Notes: generated by a model not told the origin, from the letters alone. Shown: positions 20,738 to 31,246, counted from the first letter of the stretch. The stretch is DNA of 64,000 nt from Candidatus Marinacidobacterales bacterium (GCA_965237955.1 OZ250169.1:3136001-3200000); one strand, 5' to 3'. Program-made: numbers and translations.

Positions 20738-21106
20738 TTGTCCTTACGTGCCCATCTCGCCGTCCTGTTTCTGCTTGCCATCCCCTGTGGAGTTTCGGCC
20801 GACGACCGCGAAAAGGAGTCTCGCGAGCAGGTAGCGTTCGGTATCGAAGTGGCCCGGATGGGTCTGTGGCGAGAAGCCATTTACCGTTGGGAAAAAGCGG
20901 TGGAGCTCGATCCGGCGAACGCCAGCGCGCGGAACAACCTGGCCGTTGCGTACGAGCAGTCCGGGGAGTTCGACCTTGCGAACGAGGAGTACGAAAGGGC
21001 ACTCGAGCTCGATTCCGACAACTTGTATATTCGTCAGAATTATGAGCTCTTCAGAGAAGCCTATGAGAGAAAAAAGCGTACTGACAGGCGGGCGCGCCGG
21101 AACTGA
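20738..21106 (+). CDS. secreted TPR protein
   Basis: Signal peptide and WEKAVELDP.NASARNNLAVAYEQ.GEFD.A..EYERALELD. Confidence 0.9.
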   Translation: MSLRAHLAVLFLLAIPCGVSADDREKESREQVAFGIEVARMGLWREAIYRWEKAVELDPANASARNNLAVAYEQSGEFDLANEEYERALELDSDNLYIRQNYELFREAYERKKRTDRRARRN

Positions 21107-21899
21107 ACGGCGCTTGTTCGGATTTCTCTGGCCGTTCGGCCTTTTCTTGTTGATGGCCGTAGGCGGCTGCACGTCCTATTACGAGGTGCCCATCGAGGTG
21201 CCCATCGCGGCGAAGCTGGACATCACCGACTACAACCGAGTCCTCGTGGCCAGCTTCACCACCCAAACCAGCGAGCGGCTGGACCTCGATTCCGAGACAG
21301 TGCGGCTTTTGCGCAACCAGCTCCGCATGCGCGCCAACCTTCAGGTCCTCGATGCTGATGTCGAGCCGTTGGGCGATTTCTCCGAGGGCACTCTCGAACA
21401 GCTGGGACTTCTCGACGAATTCAAGGAGATGGAAGAAAAAGCGCGGGCGGAGGGCGAAGAGGAGATCTCCCAACAGGAATGGATCGATCTCGAGCAGGAC
21501 AAGCTGCTCGAGGACGAGGAATACTGGCAGCAGATCGGCGAGGAGTACCAGAATCCTCTGATCGTGACCGGGAAGCTCCGTTTCGGCTCCGAGTCCCGCT
21601 CCGGCTTCACCCGACGCGATCGCTACGTCCGGGATTCTTTCAATCGACCGCAGCTCCAAAGAACTTCAGCGTTCCAGGAGCGAACCGGATTCACGTTGAA
21701 CGCGGAGTTCTACTTTATCGATGGTGAGACCGGGCGCACCATCCACCGTGAGCGGTTCACCGAAGAAGTCATCTATGGACGAGAAGAGCAAAGCTCGGCT
21801 TTGTCATCGTATTTCGAGCTCATGGACCGGCTGCTTCCGAATTTTCTGAGCATCCTTTCGCCCCAGACGTTCAGGGGCACGCGAATTCTCTTGAAGTGA
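21063..21899 (+). CDS. putative lipoprotein (start uncertain)
   Basis: Hydrophobic stretch and lipobox-like AVGGC. Typical codon usage, lies between the TPR and BamA-like genes. Confidence 0.75.
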   Translation: MREKSVLTGGRAGTERRLFGFLWPFGLFLLMAVGGCTSYYEVPIEVPIAAKLDITDYNRVLVASFTTQTSERLDLDSETVRLLRNQLRMRANLQVLDADVEPLGDFSEGTLEQLGLLDEFKEMEEKARAEGEEEISQQEWIDLEQDKLLEDEEYWQQIGEEYQNPLIVTGKLRFGSESRSGFTRRDRYVRDSFNRPQLQRTSAFQERTGFTLNAEFYFIDGETGRTIHRERFTEEVIYGREEQSSALSSYFELMDRLLPNFLSILSPQTFRGTRILLK

Positions 21900-22071
21900 A
21901 GTGGTGATGGTGACGATTGAATAAATTCTCCAACAGGAGGGACACTGCCCTTCACGAGCGCCAGGCTTCTCGCCGCCAAGCTTCGCGTCGTTCGGGCAAG
22001 TGCCGAAGAGACACTTCGGCGCCTTGGAACATTCGAACCTACGTACCTACGTAAACGACACGAGGTAACCC

Positions 22072-25056
22072 ATGATGAATAGCTCGAAGAAATCGATGGG
22101 AAGAGCGGCTCTCGTCGGGATCATCTTGTTGGCATCGGCCACGCTCACGTTCGGCCAGTCATTTACTCCTTTTTACGGCAAGAACAAGGTCAAGTGGGAC
22201 AAACACGGGTGGCAGGTGTATCGCTCGCCCCACTTCGAGGTCTATTACTATCCGGAGTTCGAACAGGAGCTCGGCCGCCTCGTGAGCTACGCCGAAAGCG
22301 CCTACGAAAAAGTCTCGAACGACCTGAAGCACGAGATCTCGTTTCCGATTCCACTCATCCTCTATAAGACGTTTTCAGAGTTCGCGCAGACGAACCTGTT
22401 TCCCATCGAGATTCCCGAAGGAGTGGGGGCGTTCGCCGAGCCGGCGCGCGATCGGATGGTCATCCCCATCGACAACCCGCCCGACGAGCTCCAAGAGCTC
22501 TTTATCCACGAGCTCACACATATCTTCCAGTTCGACATCATCCCGCGCTCGCTCGTCAGGCGTTCGGTCCCGGTGTGGATCGACGAGGGCATGGCGACGT
22601 ACATGGAGAGTGAATGGGATCCACTCGACCTCATGGTGATCCGTGACGCCGCGGTCACCGATCAAATCCCGAGCTTCGAAGCACTGAACGTCGGCTTCGC
22701 GCGCGCCGCGTATAGCTTTGGCGCTTCGGTGTTCGAGTTCATCGAGGAGAGGTTCGGCAAGGAAGGCGTACGCCAGTTCATCTTCGCGCTCCGCCGCGCC
22801 ATCGTCGGAGGCGTGGGCGCCGAGGTGTATCAGCAAGCGTTTCGTCTGAAGCCCGAAGAGTTCTACCGCGAATGGAAGCGCTGGCTTGTCGAACAGTACA
22901 AGCCGTTTCGCGACAAGGAGATTCCCGACGACTACAGCCTCGATATGTCGCCGGACCCGTTAAGGGGCAACTTCGTCGCAGCACTGTCCGCGGCGCCGTC
23001 GCCTTCCAAAGAGCTCATCGCGGTGATGAGCGTGAACCGGAAAGAGGCCGAGTTCGACATCATCTTGCTCTCGGCCGCCGACGGATCGATCATCAAGAAT
23101 TTGACGCCTGGTTACACCGGTGCCTTCGAGAACATCGTCGGGCTCATCGGTGAAGATTCGCTCATCGGTCGTAACATCGCGTGGATGCCCGATGGCGACA
23201 ACATTGTTTTCTTCGGTCGATACAAAAAGCGCCGTGCCCTCATCGTGGTGAACGTTCTCAACGAGCAAGTGGTCAAACGGATCCAGATTCCCGTCGACCG
23301 GGCGCTGTTCCCCCACGTAGGACCGAAAGGCGAGTGGGCTTATTTCACTGCTCTGAAAGACGGTATCAGCGACGTTTGGCGCGTCAATCTCGAGACGGAA
23401 CAGTTCGAGAACATGACCGACGACGGCTTTTTCGACAAGTTCCCGACGGTGACCCCCGATGGCGAGTGGCTCTATTGGAGCCGTCGCATCAGTGGATACG
23501 ACAAGCTGTACCGTTTGCGGCTCGAGGATCCGACCAAAAAGGAGCAAGTCACGTTCGGGACGCACGACGATGCGTCACCGACATTCTCCGATGACGGCCG
23601 TTTGGTCTTCTACACGTCGAACGAGGATGACGACATCTTCAACCTTCGCTCGATGGACGTCGAGACCGGCGATATCATCCAGTACACCGACGTGCTCGGT
23701 GGAAATTTCTCCCCGACGATCATCAAGGACATGAAGTCCGAGGATGATGTCCTCCTGTTCACGAGCTACTACAAAGGAAACTATGGTCTCTATCGGCTCC
23801 CGATGGACGAGCCCGTCAAGGAGATCACGTCCGACCTGATCGTCCGCACCGAAGGTCCGGTGATCGACTTCGTGCCGCCGGTGAGCCATCAGATCATCTC
23901 CGAGAACAAACGCAAGAAAGGAACGTTCGAGAATTTTTACGTCGACGGTGCGCCACCTATCGCCATCGGCGTCACCTCGGGCGGCGATTTCTTCGGTGGC
24001 GCCGGTGTCAGCTTTTCCGACGTTTTGGGTGATCAGAGCTTCACGTTCATGGCGTTGTCGGTGCGCGAGTTCCGGAGCTATCTCGGATCGTACATGAATC
24101 GCGCCGGCCGGTTGCAGTACTCACTGACGGGGTTCGACTCGACGAGCTTTTTCTTCGCGTCGCCGTTCTCTTTCCAGCCGGGCTTCGGCCGTGAAGGCTT
24201 ACTGGCCACGATCCGGCAGACCGGCGCCACCGGCGCCGCCGTGTACGCTCTGAGCCGCTTCCGGCGCTTCGAGCTCGGCACCGGCATCGTGCGGCAACGC
24301 ACGGGGTTCGATGATCCTTTTCTCGACCCGCGCTTCAACCTGGGACTGCCGCCGGACTTTGAGCAGGCGATCGAGTCGCGCTATCCCAACGGAACCGCGC
24401 TGCCGGTCTCGGCCACGTACGTCCAGGAGACGACACGGTTCAGAAATTTCGGTCCGATGGCCGGTAGCACCGTGCTCGCCGGGGTGTCGATTTCGCCTGG
24501 TGGTCCGTTCCTTTCGCGCCAGACGTTCAACCTCGACGCGCGGAAGTACTTACAACTGACGTCGGCGAGCCTTCTCGCGCTGCGGGTGCGAGGCCTGTGG
24601 AGCAGCGGGGAGAACCCCGACCTTTTTTGGTTCGGCGGTAACGGCGACATGCGCGGCTACGACTATCAGTCCTTCGTGGGCAATCAGGCGTTCTACGCGA
24701 ACGCCGAGCTACGGTTTCCGATCATCGATGCCGCGATCACGCCCATAGGGTTCTTTGGACCGCTCCGTGGTTTGTTCTTCGTCAATATGGGCGGTGCGAG
24801 CTTTGTCGACGAGCCGTTCAAGCTCTTCAGCAGCGACAGGCGCCTCTCGTCGCTCGGTGCGCGGTGCGGCCCGGCCGGTACGTCATTGTGTATCTCGGAT
24901 GGATTCGGTCTCGGCGACGCCGTCGCTTCCTACGGCATCGGCCTGACGTTCAACTTCTTCGGGATGCCGATGAACATCAACTGGTCGAAGCTGACGGATT
25001 TCGCGACCACTGTCGAAGGCTGGAAGACGGACTTTTGGATTGGATATACGTTCTGA
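22072..25056 (+). CDS. outer-membrane protein: peptidase-MA-like + TolB/PD40 propeller + BamA/Omp85-type barrel
   Basis: HELTH, VWIDEGMA, PD40-like repeats (PTVTPDGEWL, PTFSDDGRL), MRGY..NAELRFP and a terminal F. Confidence 0.85.
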   Translation: MMNSSKKSMGRAALVGIILLASATLTFGQSFTPFYGKNKVKWDKHGWQVYRSPHFEVYYYPEFEQELGRLVSYAESAYEKVSNDLKHEISFPIPLILYKTFSEFAQTNLFPIEIPEGVGAFAEPARDRMVIPIDNPPDELQELFIHELTHIFQFDIIPRSLVRRSVPVWIDEGMATYMESEWDPLDLMVIRDAAVTDQIPSFEALNVGFARAAYSFGASVFEFIEERFGKEGVRQFIFALRRAIVGGVGAEVYQQAFRLKPEEFYREWKRWLVEQYKPFRDKEIPDDYSLDMSPDPLRGNFVAALSAAPSPSKELIAVMSVNRKEAEFDIILLSAADGSIIKNLTPGYTGAFENIVGLIGEDSLIGRNIAWMPDGDNIVFFGRYKKRRALIVVNVLNEQVVKRIQIPVDRALFPHVGPKGEWAYFTALKDGISDVWRVNLETEQFENMTDDGFFDKFPTVTPDGEWLYWSRRISGYDKLYRLRLEDPTKKEQVTFGTHDDASPTFSDDGRLVFYTSNEDDDIFNLRSMDVETGDIIQYTDVLGGNFSPTIIKDMKSEDDVLLFTSYYKGNYGLYRLPMDEPVKEITSDLIVRTEGPVIDFVPPVSHQIISENKRKKGTFENFYVDGAPPIAIGVTSGGDFFGGAGVSFSDVLGDQSFTFMALSVREFRSYLGSYMNRAGRLQYSLTGFDSTSFFFASPFSFQPGFGREGLLATIRQTGATGAAVYALSRFRRFELGTGIVRQRTGFDDPFLDPRFNLGLPPDFEQAIESRYPNGTALPVSATYVQETTRFRNFGPMAGSTVLAGVSISPGGPFLSRQTFNLDARKYLQLTSASLLALRVRGLWSSGENPDLFWFGGNGDMRGYDYQSFVGNQAFYANAELRFPIIDAAITPIGFFGPLRGLFFVNMGGASFVDEPFKLFSSDRRLSSLGARCGPAGTSLCISDGFGLGDAVASYGIGLTFNFFGMPMNINWSKLTDFATTVEGWKTDFWIGYTF

Positions 25057-25079
25057 GGCGCGGCTTCGCCGCGCCGAGG

Positions 25080-25211
25080 CGGCCATCAGCCGTCGGCCAT
25101 CGGCCATCAGCAGGCCACAGCTGTGCAGGGGTTGGAAGCTCAACTCAGCTCCGGAGCTGCGTTGAGCTGCGGGCTATCAGCACAACTCTGTTCTGCTGAT
25201 GGCTGATGGCC
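25080..25211. repeat. GCCATC(A/G) heptamer repeats in inverted arrangement
   Basis: GGCCATCAGCCGTCGGCCATCGGCCATCAGCA ... TGCTGATGGCTGATGGCC. Confidence 0.7.
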
Positions 25212-25217
25212 GTTCCC

Positions 25218-25246
25218 TTGACGCTTTCGTCTCCGAAGGCTAAACT
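25218..25246 (+). promoter_or_regulatory. sigma70 promoter of rplU-rpmA
   Basis: TTGACG-17 bp-TAAACT, followed by a GGAGG RBS. Confidence 0.65.
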
Positions 25247-25281
25247 GTTCAGATCTACGCAGGCGTTTAACGGAGGCACCC

Positions 25282-25593
25282 TTGTACGCAATCATCGAAA
25301 CTGGCGGAAAGCAGCAGAAAGCGGCGCCCGGTGAGAAGCTCAAAATCGAGAAGCTCGACGCCCAGGTGGGAGATACCGTCCGCTTCGACAAGGTGATGCT
25401 CGTCAATCGTGACGGCGCGGTCGAGCTCGGAAAGCCGTACGTGGACGGCGCCTCGGTCACCGCTACCGTCACCGAACAGGGTCGCGCGAGAAAAATTATA
25501 GTTTTTAAAAAGAAGCGCCGCAAGCAGTATCGCCGGACGCGCGGCCACCGGCAGGCTTTCACTGCCGTGACCGTTGAGGCCATCGAAGGATAG
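25282..25593 (+). CDS. rplU: 50S ribosomal protein L21
   Basis: [11 protein letters not shown]...[21 protein letters not shown]. Confidence 0.99.
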   Translation: MYAIIETGGKQQKAAPGEKLKIEKLDAQVGDTVRFDKVMLVNRDGAVELGKPYVDGASVTATVTEQGRARKIIVFKKKRRKQYRRTRGHRQAFTAVTVEAIEG

Positions 25594-25599
25594 ACATCC

Positions 25600-25863
25600 A
25601 TGGCGCACAAAAAAGGTCAAGGAAGCTCTCGTAACGGTCGGGACAGCAACGCTCAGATGCTCGGCGTCAAAGCGTTCGCCGGGCAGAACGTGACCGGCGG
25701 GTCCATCCTGGTGCGACAACGCGGCACCCGCTTCAAGCCCGGCAAGAACGTGGGGCGCGGCAAGGACGATACGCTGTTCGCGAAAGTGGGTGGTGTGGTG
25801 GAGTTCCAAAGCCGCGGGCAACGGGGACGGTTCATCCACGTCCACCCCGCGAGCGCTGCCTGA
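25600..25863 (+). CDS. rpmA: 50S ribosomal protein L27
   Basis: [16 protein letters not shown]...ILVRQRGT...GKDDTLFA. Confidence 0.99.
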   Translation: MAHKKGQGSSRNGRDSNAQMLGVKAFAGQNVTGGSILVRQRGTRFKPGKNVGRGKDDTLFAKVGGVVEFQSRGQRGRFIHVHPASAA

Positions 25864-25954
25864 TACCGTTTGACACCGAACCACGAGCTGTTCTTCCTCC
25901 TCCACGACACCCGCGCGTTTTCCTCCACCGAACCTCCGCGGTCATAATAGTTCC

Positions 25955-26968
25955 ATGTGGATCGACGAAGCCGTCCTCGAGCTTCGAGCCGGTAAAGGTG
26001 GCGACGGCGTGGTCAGCTTCCGGCGCGAGAAGTTCGTTCCCAAAGGCGGCCCCGATGGCGGCAGGGGAGGGCACGGCGGTTCGATCTGGCTGGTGGCACG
26101 TTCCGAGCAAAATACGCTCGCCGGCTATCGATACCGACCTCACTATCGAGCGGAGCGAGGCCGTAACGGCGAGGGCCAAACGCGGACGGGTCGAAGTGGA
26201 GAGGACCTAGAGCTTGCCGTTCCTCTGGGGACACTCGTCAGAGATGGTGCGTCGGGCGAGCTCCTAGGGGATTTGACCGAAGAAGGTCAAAGGCTGCTCG
26301 TGGCACGTGGTGGTCGCGCGGGTCGTGGGAACACGTCGTTCGCTTCCGCGACCAACCGGGCGCCGCGACAGGCCGAGAAGGGAGCACCGGGCGAGGAGCT
26401 CTCAGTTCGACTCGAGCTTCGATTGCTCGCCGACGTCGGGCTCGTCGGGTTTCCGAACGCGGGCAAGTCCACGTTCATCTCGCGGGTGAGCGCGGCGCGG
26501 CCCAAGATCGCGGACTACCCGTTCACGACGCTCGTGCCGCACCTGGGAGTGGTGGAGATTTCCGACGACGCTTCGTTCGTGTTGGCCGACGTGCCGGGTT
26601 TGATCCCCGGAGCCAGCGAAGGAGCCGGGCTCGGCGATCGCTTCTTACGGCACTTGAGCCGGACCGCGTACCTCGTTTATTTCGTGGACGTATCCGAGGG
26701 CTCGGGACGAGCGCCGGCCGATGATCTGATCGCGCTTCGGCGAGAAATCGAAGCTTACGGTGAAGGGATGGACGGAAAACCGGCGTTCGTGGTTGCGAAC
26801 AAGATCGATGCGCTCGAAGACGACTCGAGGCTGAAATCGCTCGAGGAAGCGGCGCAAGGTCTGGGCCTTCCGTTTCTTGCCGTCTCCGCTGCGACCGGAG
26901 AAGGTTGCGCCGAGATGGTTCAGGACCTCTATCATCGCATCGCGGCCGCGCGAGCACCAGTAGCATGA
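25955..26968 (+). CDS. obgE: GTPase ObgE/CgtA
   Basis: FRREKFVPKGGPDGG, GFPNAGKST, YPFTT, DVPG, NKID. Confidence 0.99.
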   Translation: MWIDEAVLELRAGKGGDGVVSFRREKFVPKGGPDGGRGGHGGSIWLVARSEQNTLAGYRYRPHYRAERGRNGEGQTRTGRSGEDLELAVPLGTLVRDGASGELLGDLTEEGQRLLVARGGRAGRGNTSFASATNRAPRQAEKGAPGEELSVRLELRLLADVGLVGFPNAGKSTFISRVSAARPKIADYPFTTLVPHLGVVEISDDASFVLADVPGLIPGASEGAGLGDRFLRHLSRTAYLVYFVDVSEGSGRAPADDLIALRREIEAYGEGMDGKPAFVVANKIDALEDDSRLKSLEEAAQGLGLPFLAVSAATGEGCAEMVQDLYHRIAAARAPVA

Positions 26969-27558
26969 GCAGAGTAGGTGTGCTCGGCGGCACGTTCGAT
27001 CCGTTGCACCTCGGTCATTTACGAGCTGCGGAAGTCGCGCGCGACGAGCTGACCCTCGAACGCGTTCTCTTCGTCCCCGCTGCGAACCCTCCTCACAAGC
27101 TGGGGGATGCGGTGACCGACGCGAGCGCGCGGGTTTCGATGCTCGAGCTCGTGCTCGGCGACGAGGACGGCTTCGAGCTTTCGAGCGTCGAAATCGAAAG
27201 AGGTGGACCGTCGTACACGATCGAGACCCTCGATGAGCTGCAGCGGAGGCATCCCGGCGACGACTACTGGTTCATCAGCGGTAGCGACGCGTTTACGGAG
27301 ATTCGGACGTGGAAGGATTGGGAAGCGCTCTTCGAGAGGTATGCATTCGCCGTGCACGAGCGACCCGGCGTTTTATTGGAAGAGGCGTCTCGGGCGGTAC
27401 CGCCGTCGCTTCACGAGCGCATCGTGTTCCTGAAACGTGAGATGCTCAACGTGTCCTCGACCGAGATCCGGAGCTCGGTTCGAGACGGGCGCTCCATCCG
27501 CTTCCTCGTTCCGGAAGCGGTAGAGGACTACATTCGCCGAAATCGTCTATATGAGTGA
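26965..27558 (+). CDS. nadD: nicotinate-nucleotide adenylyltransferase
   Basis: GGTFDPLHLGH, SYTIETL, VSSTEIR. ATGA overlap with obgE. Confidence 0.98.
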   Translation: MSRVGVLGGTFDPLHLGHLRAAEVARDELTLERVLFVPAANPPHKLGDAVTDASARVSMLELVLGDEDGFELSSVEIERGGPSYTIETLDELQRRHPGDDYWFISGSDAFTEIRTWKDWEALFERYAFAVHERPGVLLEEASRAVPPSLHERIVFLKREMLNVSSTEIRSSVRDGRSIRFLVPEAVEDYIRRNRLYE

Positions 27559-27570
27559 GGATTTGAGAAC

Positions 27571-27939
27571 TTGACCGAATCGAAATTGACACTGAGCTCA
27601 CTCGAGCCTGAACTGCGAGGCGCCGTCGAGGCGGCGCAGGAGAAGAAAGCCGGAGACATTCTCGTGCTCGACCTGCGCGGTCTTGCGAGCTTCACCGACT
27701 ACTTCTTGATTTGCTCCGGCACGAGCCACCGCCAGATCGAGTCGATCGCGGACGAGGTGGCATCGTCGCTCCGATCGCTGTCACGAAGACCGTCCCATAT
27801 CGAAGGGTATCCGCGAGGAGAGTGGATTCTCATGGACTACGTCGACTTCGTCGTTCACATCTTCACGACCACGGGCCGCGACTACTATGATCTGGAACGG
27901 CTCTGGGGTGACGCGGAGAAACTCGCCGTGGCCAGCTGA
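27571..27939 (+). CDS. rsfS: ribosome silencing factor
   Basis: DYFLICSG..RQ, WILMDY.D.VVHIF, YDLERLW. Confidence 0.97.
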   Translation: MTESKLTLSSLEPELRGAVEAAQEKKAGDILVLDLRGLASFTDYFLICSGTSHRQIESIADEVASSLRSLSRRPSHIEGYPRGEWILMDYVDFVVHIFTTTGRDYYDLERLWGDAEKLAVAS

Positions 27940-27967
27940 TACCGCGGCTCACGTCGACGACCAGACG

Positions 27968-28939
27968 ATGGCGAAAGTAAACATCGGGCGAGCCCGATCT
28001 CAAGTTGACGCGACCATCATCGCAATAGATCCGCAGATGGTGGAAGTGGTCAAGCTTCTGAAGCGGCTCGCCGGCACCAACAGCAACGTTCTCCTCAGCG
28101 GGGAAACCGGCACCGGAAAAGACGTCGCCGCCCATGCGCTTCACTTCTGGGGTGAGCGATCCTCGCTGCCGATGGTCAAGGTCGACTTGCCTGCCATTCC
28201 GGCGACGCTCATCGAGAGTGAGCTCTTCGGCTACGAGCGAGGCGCGTTCACCGGCGCCGCGGCGACGAAAGCGGGCAAGTTGGAGCTCGCCGCTCGAGGC
28301 ACCGTTTTTCTCGATCAGATCGGTGAGCTTGCGCCGGTGCTGCAGGCGAAGCTCCTGCGTGTCGTCGAAGATCGGCACTACGAGCGGCTCGGTGGGACCG
28401 AGTCGATCGAGCTCGAGGCGAGGATCGTCGCATCGGCGAGCGCGGATCTCGAGCAAGCCGTCGAGCGTGAGCGTTTCCGGCGAGATCTCTTCCATCGTTT
28501 GGGAGTCTTTTGGATTCGCCTCCCGCCGCTCCGGGAGCGCATGCGCGATATCGTCCCCCTCGCCGAGTATTTCCTCGAGCGAGAGATCGAGCGTCGCGGC
28601 CGGGCACCATCCAAGTTCGCGGCCGACGCTATCGAAGCGCTCGAAAGCTACGCTTGGCCGGGCAACGTACGTGAGCTCAAAGGCGTCGTCGAGCACGGCG
28701 TGCTCATGGCCCGGGGGGAGACCTTGGAGCGATCCGACATCCCCGACTACGTGCTCGACAGCCCGTCAGTGGCGTGGGGGTTCACCCGTGACAAGAGGCC
28801 GTCGCTCGCCGAAGTAGAAAAGAGCTACATCGAACGCGTCTTGAAAGACGTGGGTGGGAACCAGACGCGGGCGGCGGAGATTCTCGGCATCAGCCGGAAG
28901 TCGCTGTGGCAGCGACGGCGGCGTTATGAAATTGAGTAA
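27968..28939 (+). CDS. sigma-54-dependent (Fis-family) activator without a receiver domain (start uncertain)
   Basis: GETGTGK, ESELFGYERGAFTGA, WPGNVREL, GNQTRAAEILGISR. Confidence 0.92.
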   Translation: MAKVNIGRARSQVDATIIAIDPQMVEVVKLLKRLAGTNSNVLLSGETGTGKDVAAHALHFWGERSSLPMVKVDLPAIPATLIESELFGYERGAFTGAAATKAGKLELAARGTVFLDQIGELAPVLQAKLLRVVEDRHYERLGGTESIELEARIVASASADLEQAVERERFRRDLFHRLGVFWIRLPPLRERMRDIVPLAEYFLEREIERRGRAPSKFAADAIEALESYAWPGNVRELKGVVEHGVLMARGETLERSDIPDYVLDSPSVAWGFTRDKRPSLAEVEKSYIERVLKDVGGNQTRAAEILGISRKSLWQRRRRYEIE

Positions 28940-28943
28940 GATC

Positions 28944-28982
28944 TGCCATCGGCCATCGGCCATCAGCCATCAGCCATCGGCC
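28944..28982. repeat. tandem GCCATC(A/G) heptamer x5
   Basis: GCCATCGGCCATCGGCCATCAGCCATCAGCCATCGGCC. Confidence 0.85.
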
Positions 28983-29003
28983 AGAGTTGCTAGACTAGAG
29001 ACG

Positions 29004-30377
29004 ATGCGAGTTCGGACGGTTCTGACCATTCTCTTGGTTTTTGGGTCGGTGTGGTTCGCGGTGTCGACGATCCGCCTCAACGAAGCTCTGGTTACGATTC
29101 AGTTCGCGTTCTTCCAGCCCATCGAGCTCGAGCTGTGGATGGTGATGCTCGCCGCGTTTGGAGTGGGTGCGGGCGTGATCTTGTTCTTCGATCTCGCCGG
29201 AGGTGCCCGCCGGTTTGCCCGTGATCGTCGTCGCCGCCGCGCGAGCCGGGCTCACGCGGAAGTGGAAGACTTGTACCTCGCTGGGCTCGACGCGATGGTC
29301 AACGGACATTACGAGAAGGCGCTCAACCGCTTCGAGAGCGTCCTCGCGCGAGAGCCGGAGGATGAGAATGCGCTCGTGAAAAAAGGCGACAGCCTGCGCA
29401 CGCTCGGTCGCTATCGCGAGGCCGCCGACACGCTCGAACGTGTCTCGGGAGCGGCGCCCGAGAATCTTCTCGCGCTCTACTCGCTGTCGGACGTCTATCT
29501 CGCCGCCGGCGCGGACGAACGGGCCAAGTTGACCCTCGAGCGGATCATCCACCTCGGTCCCGAGACGACGGTCTCGGCGCACCGCAAGCTCCGGGACCTC
29601 CTGTTGCAGCAAGCCAAGTGGCAAGAAGCGAACGCGCTTCAAAGCCGACTCGTCGACATGGTCACGAACAAGGAAGAGCGAGCGCTCGAGGCGGCGATGG
29701 CGAACGGCATTCTGCTCGGTCTCGGAGTCTCCAAAATGAGCAACGTCGAAGCAGGCGACGTCGAAGAGGCCATGCTCATGTTCCGCTCGATTCTCGAGAA
29801 CGACGAGAGGTTCATTCCGGCGTATGTGAGGCTCGGCGAAGCGCTCGCGTCTGAAGACGACACCGAGCAAGCCGTGCGCACCTGGCGGCGCGGCTACGAA
29901 ATCACTGGATCCACCGAGCCGCTGACGGCGCTCCAGAACTTTTACCTGCGCGCCGAGCAACCTGAAGAGGCCATCGCCGTGTGGAAGCAGGCGCTCGTCC
30001 TCGCGGACAACGAGGTGCCGCTCCGCTACTGTCTCGGCAAGCTGCATTACCGCCTGTTCATGCTCGACGAAGCGCTCCGAGAATTTCGGTTGATTGAAGA
30101 CCGCGTGAGCGGGCTTCCCGCGCTCCACCTCTATATCGCGCGTATTCTGGAGAGCAAGAACGACCCCTCTGCAGCCCTCGCCAAGACCAAGATGCTCGTC
30201 ACCGAAGTCGAAGAGTTGATGATGGACTACGTGTGCGCCGCGTGCGAGTGGCGTGCCGGCGAATGGATTGAGCGCTGCGCGCGATGCGGCTGCTGGGGTT
30301 CGATAGCGTTGCATTTGCCCGCCGCGGCGACGCCGGAGCCGACCATGCAGCCATCGCCTACGTGGTCTACTCCGTAG
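29004..30377 (+). CDS. LapA/LapB-like membrane-anchored TPR protein with C-terminal rubredoxin-like CxxC pair
   Basis: Two N-terminal TM segments, TPR helices and YVCAAC...ERCARCGCWGSI. Confidence 0.8.
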   Translation: MRVRTVLTILLVFGSVWFAVSTIRLNEALVTIQFAFFQPIELELWMVMLAAFGVGAGVILFFDLAGGARRFARDRRRRRASRAHAEVEDLYLAGLDAMVNGHYEKALNRFESVLAREPEDENALVKKGDSLRTLGRYREAADTLERVSGAAPENLLALYSLSDVYLAAGADERAKLTLERIIHLGPETTVSAHRKLRDLLLQQAKWQEANALQSRLVDMVTNKEERALEAAMANGILLGLGVSKMSNVEAGDVEEAMLMFRSILENDERFIPAYVRLGEALASEDDTEQAVRTWRRGYEITGSTEPLTALQNFYLRAEQPEEAIAVWKQALVLADNEVPLRYCLGKLHYRLFMLDEALREFRLIEDRVSGLPALHLYIARILESKNDPSAALAKTKMLVTEVEELMMDYVCAACEWRAGEWIERCARCGCWGSIALHLPAAATPEPTMQPSPTWSTP

Positions 30378-30435
30378 TTCAGTTCAGCATGCTAACCCCG
30401 GGAGGATTTCACCTTCAAATCTCGTCTACTACTTT

Positions 30436-31176
30436 GTGGCTTCTTTGGGCGGCGTGTTCTCTGCGGCACTTCACGGGCTGGGCGCGGTCCTGGTCCCGGG
30501 GGAGTGCCTTCTCTGCAGCGCGCTTCTTGCTCGTCCGCTTCGGGGGCCGATTTGTGTTCGTTGCTTGGACCGGTTGCCTCGTATCACGGAGCCGTTTTGT
30601 CCGCGGTGCGGGCTTCCCTACAGCCGCTTTGTAGCACCGGGGCTTTGTGGGCCGTGCCGCGGTGGTGGGCGCGCGTTTCGCCGGGCGCGTGCCGGCTTGG
30701 TTTACGAGGATGACGTGCGCCTTGCGGTACACGCGTTGAAGTTCGGCGGGCGGGAGAGGATCGCGCACGTTCTGGAGGCTCTCGCCGCGGAGTTGTGGGT
30801 CCGGCCAGGCAAGCTCGAGGGGCACGCGGCTGTCCTTCCCGTGCCGTTGTCGGGCAAGCGCCGGCGCGAGCGGGGGTTCAACCAGGCGGAGCTCATCGCG
30901 CGGGCCGTGGCCCAAAATGCCGCGATCCCCATCCGGGGTCGGCTCCTCGTCAAGAAGAGGGACTGTCCGCCGCAGGCCGGACGCTCCGCCTCCGCCCGGC
31001 GGAAAAACGTCGCGTCGGTGTACCGGGCGTCGATCCCGCGCTCGCTCCAGGGTCGGGACCTCCTCGTGGTGGACGACGTGCTCACCACCGGTGCGACGGT
31101 CGAGGCGGCGGCGAGGGCGCTTCGGCGTGGCGGTGCCGGCGCCGTCGACGTGCTGACCCTCGCCCGCGTGCTGTAG
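30436..31176 (+). CDS. comF: ComF-family phosphoribosyltransferase-like protein
   Basis: Zinc fingers CLLC/CVRC/CPRC/CGPC, VPL..RRRERGFNQA, VDDVLTTGAT. Confidence 0.95.
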   Translation: MASLGGVFSAALHGLGAVLVPGECLLCSALLARPLRGPICVRCLDRLPRITEPFCPRCGLPYSRFVAPGLCGPCRGGGRAFRRARAGLVYEDDVRLAVHALKFGGRERIAHVLEALAAELWVRPGKLEGHAAVLPVPLSGKRRRERGFNQAELIARAVAQNAAIPIRGRLLVKKRDCPPQAGRSASARRKNVASVYRASIPRSLQGRDLLVVDDVLTTGATVEAAARALRRGGAGAVDVLTLARVL

Positions 31177-31246
31177 GATCAACCGGGTTGCCCCCTGCCT
31201 GATCAAGACCCCAGAGCAATTCGGCCTTGACAAGCAATCGAGACGC

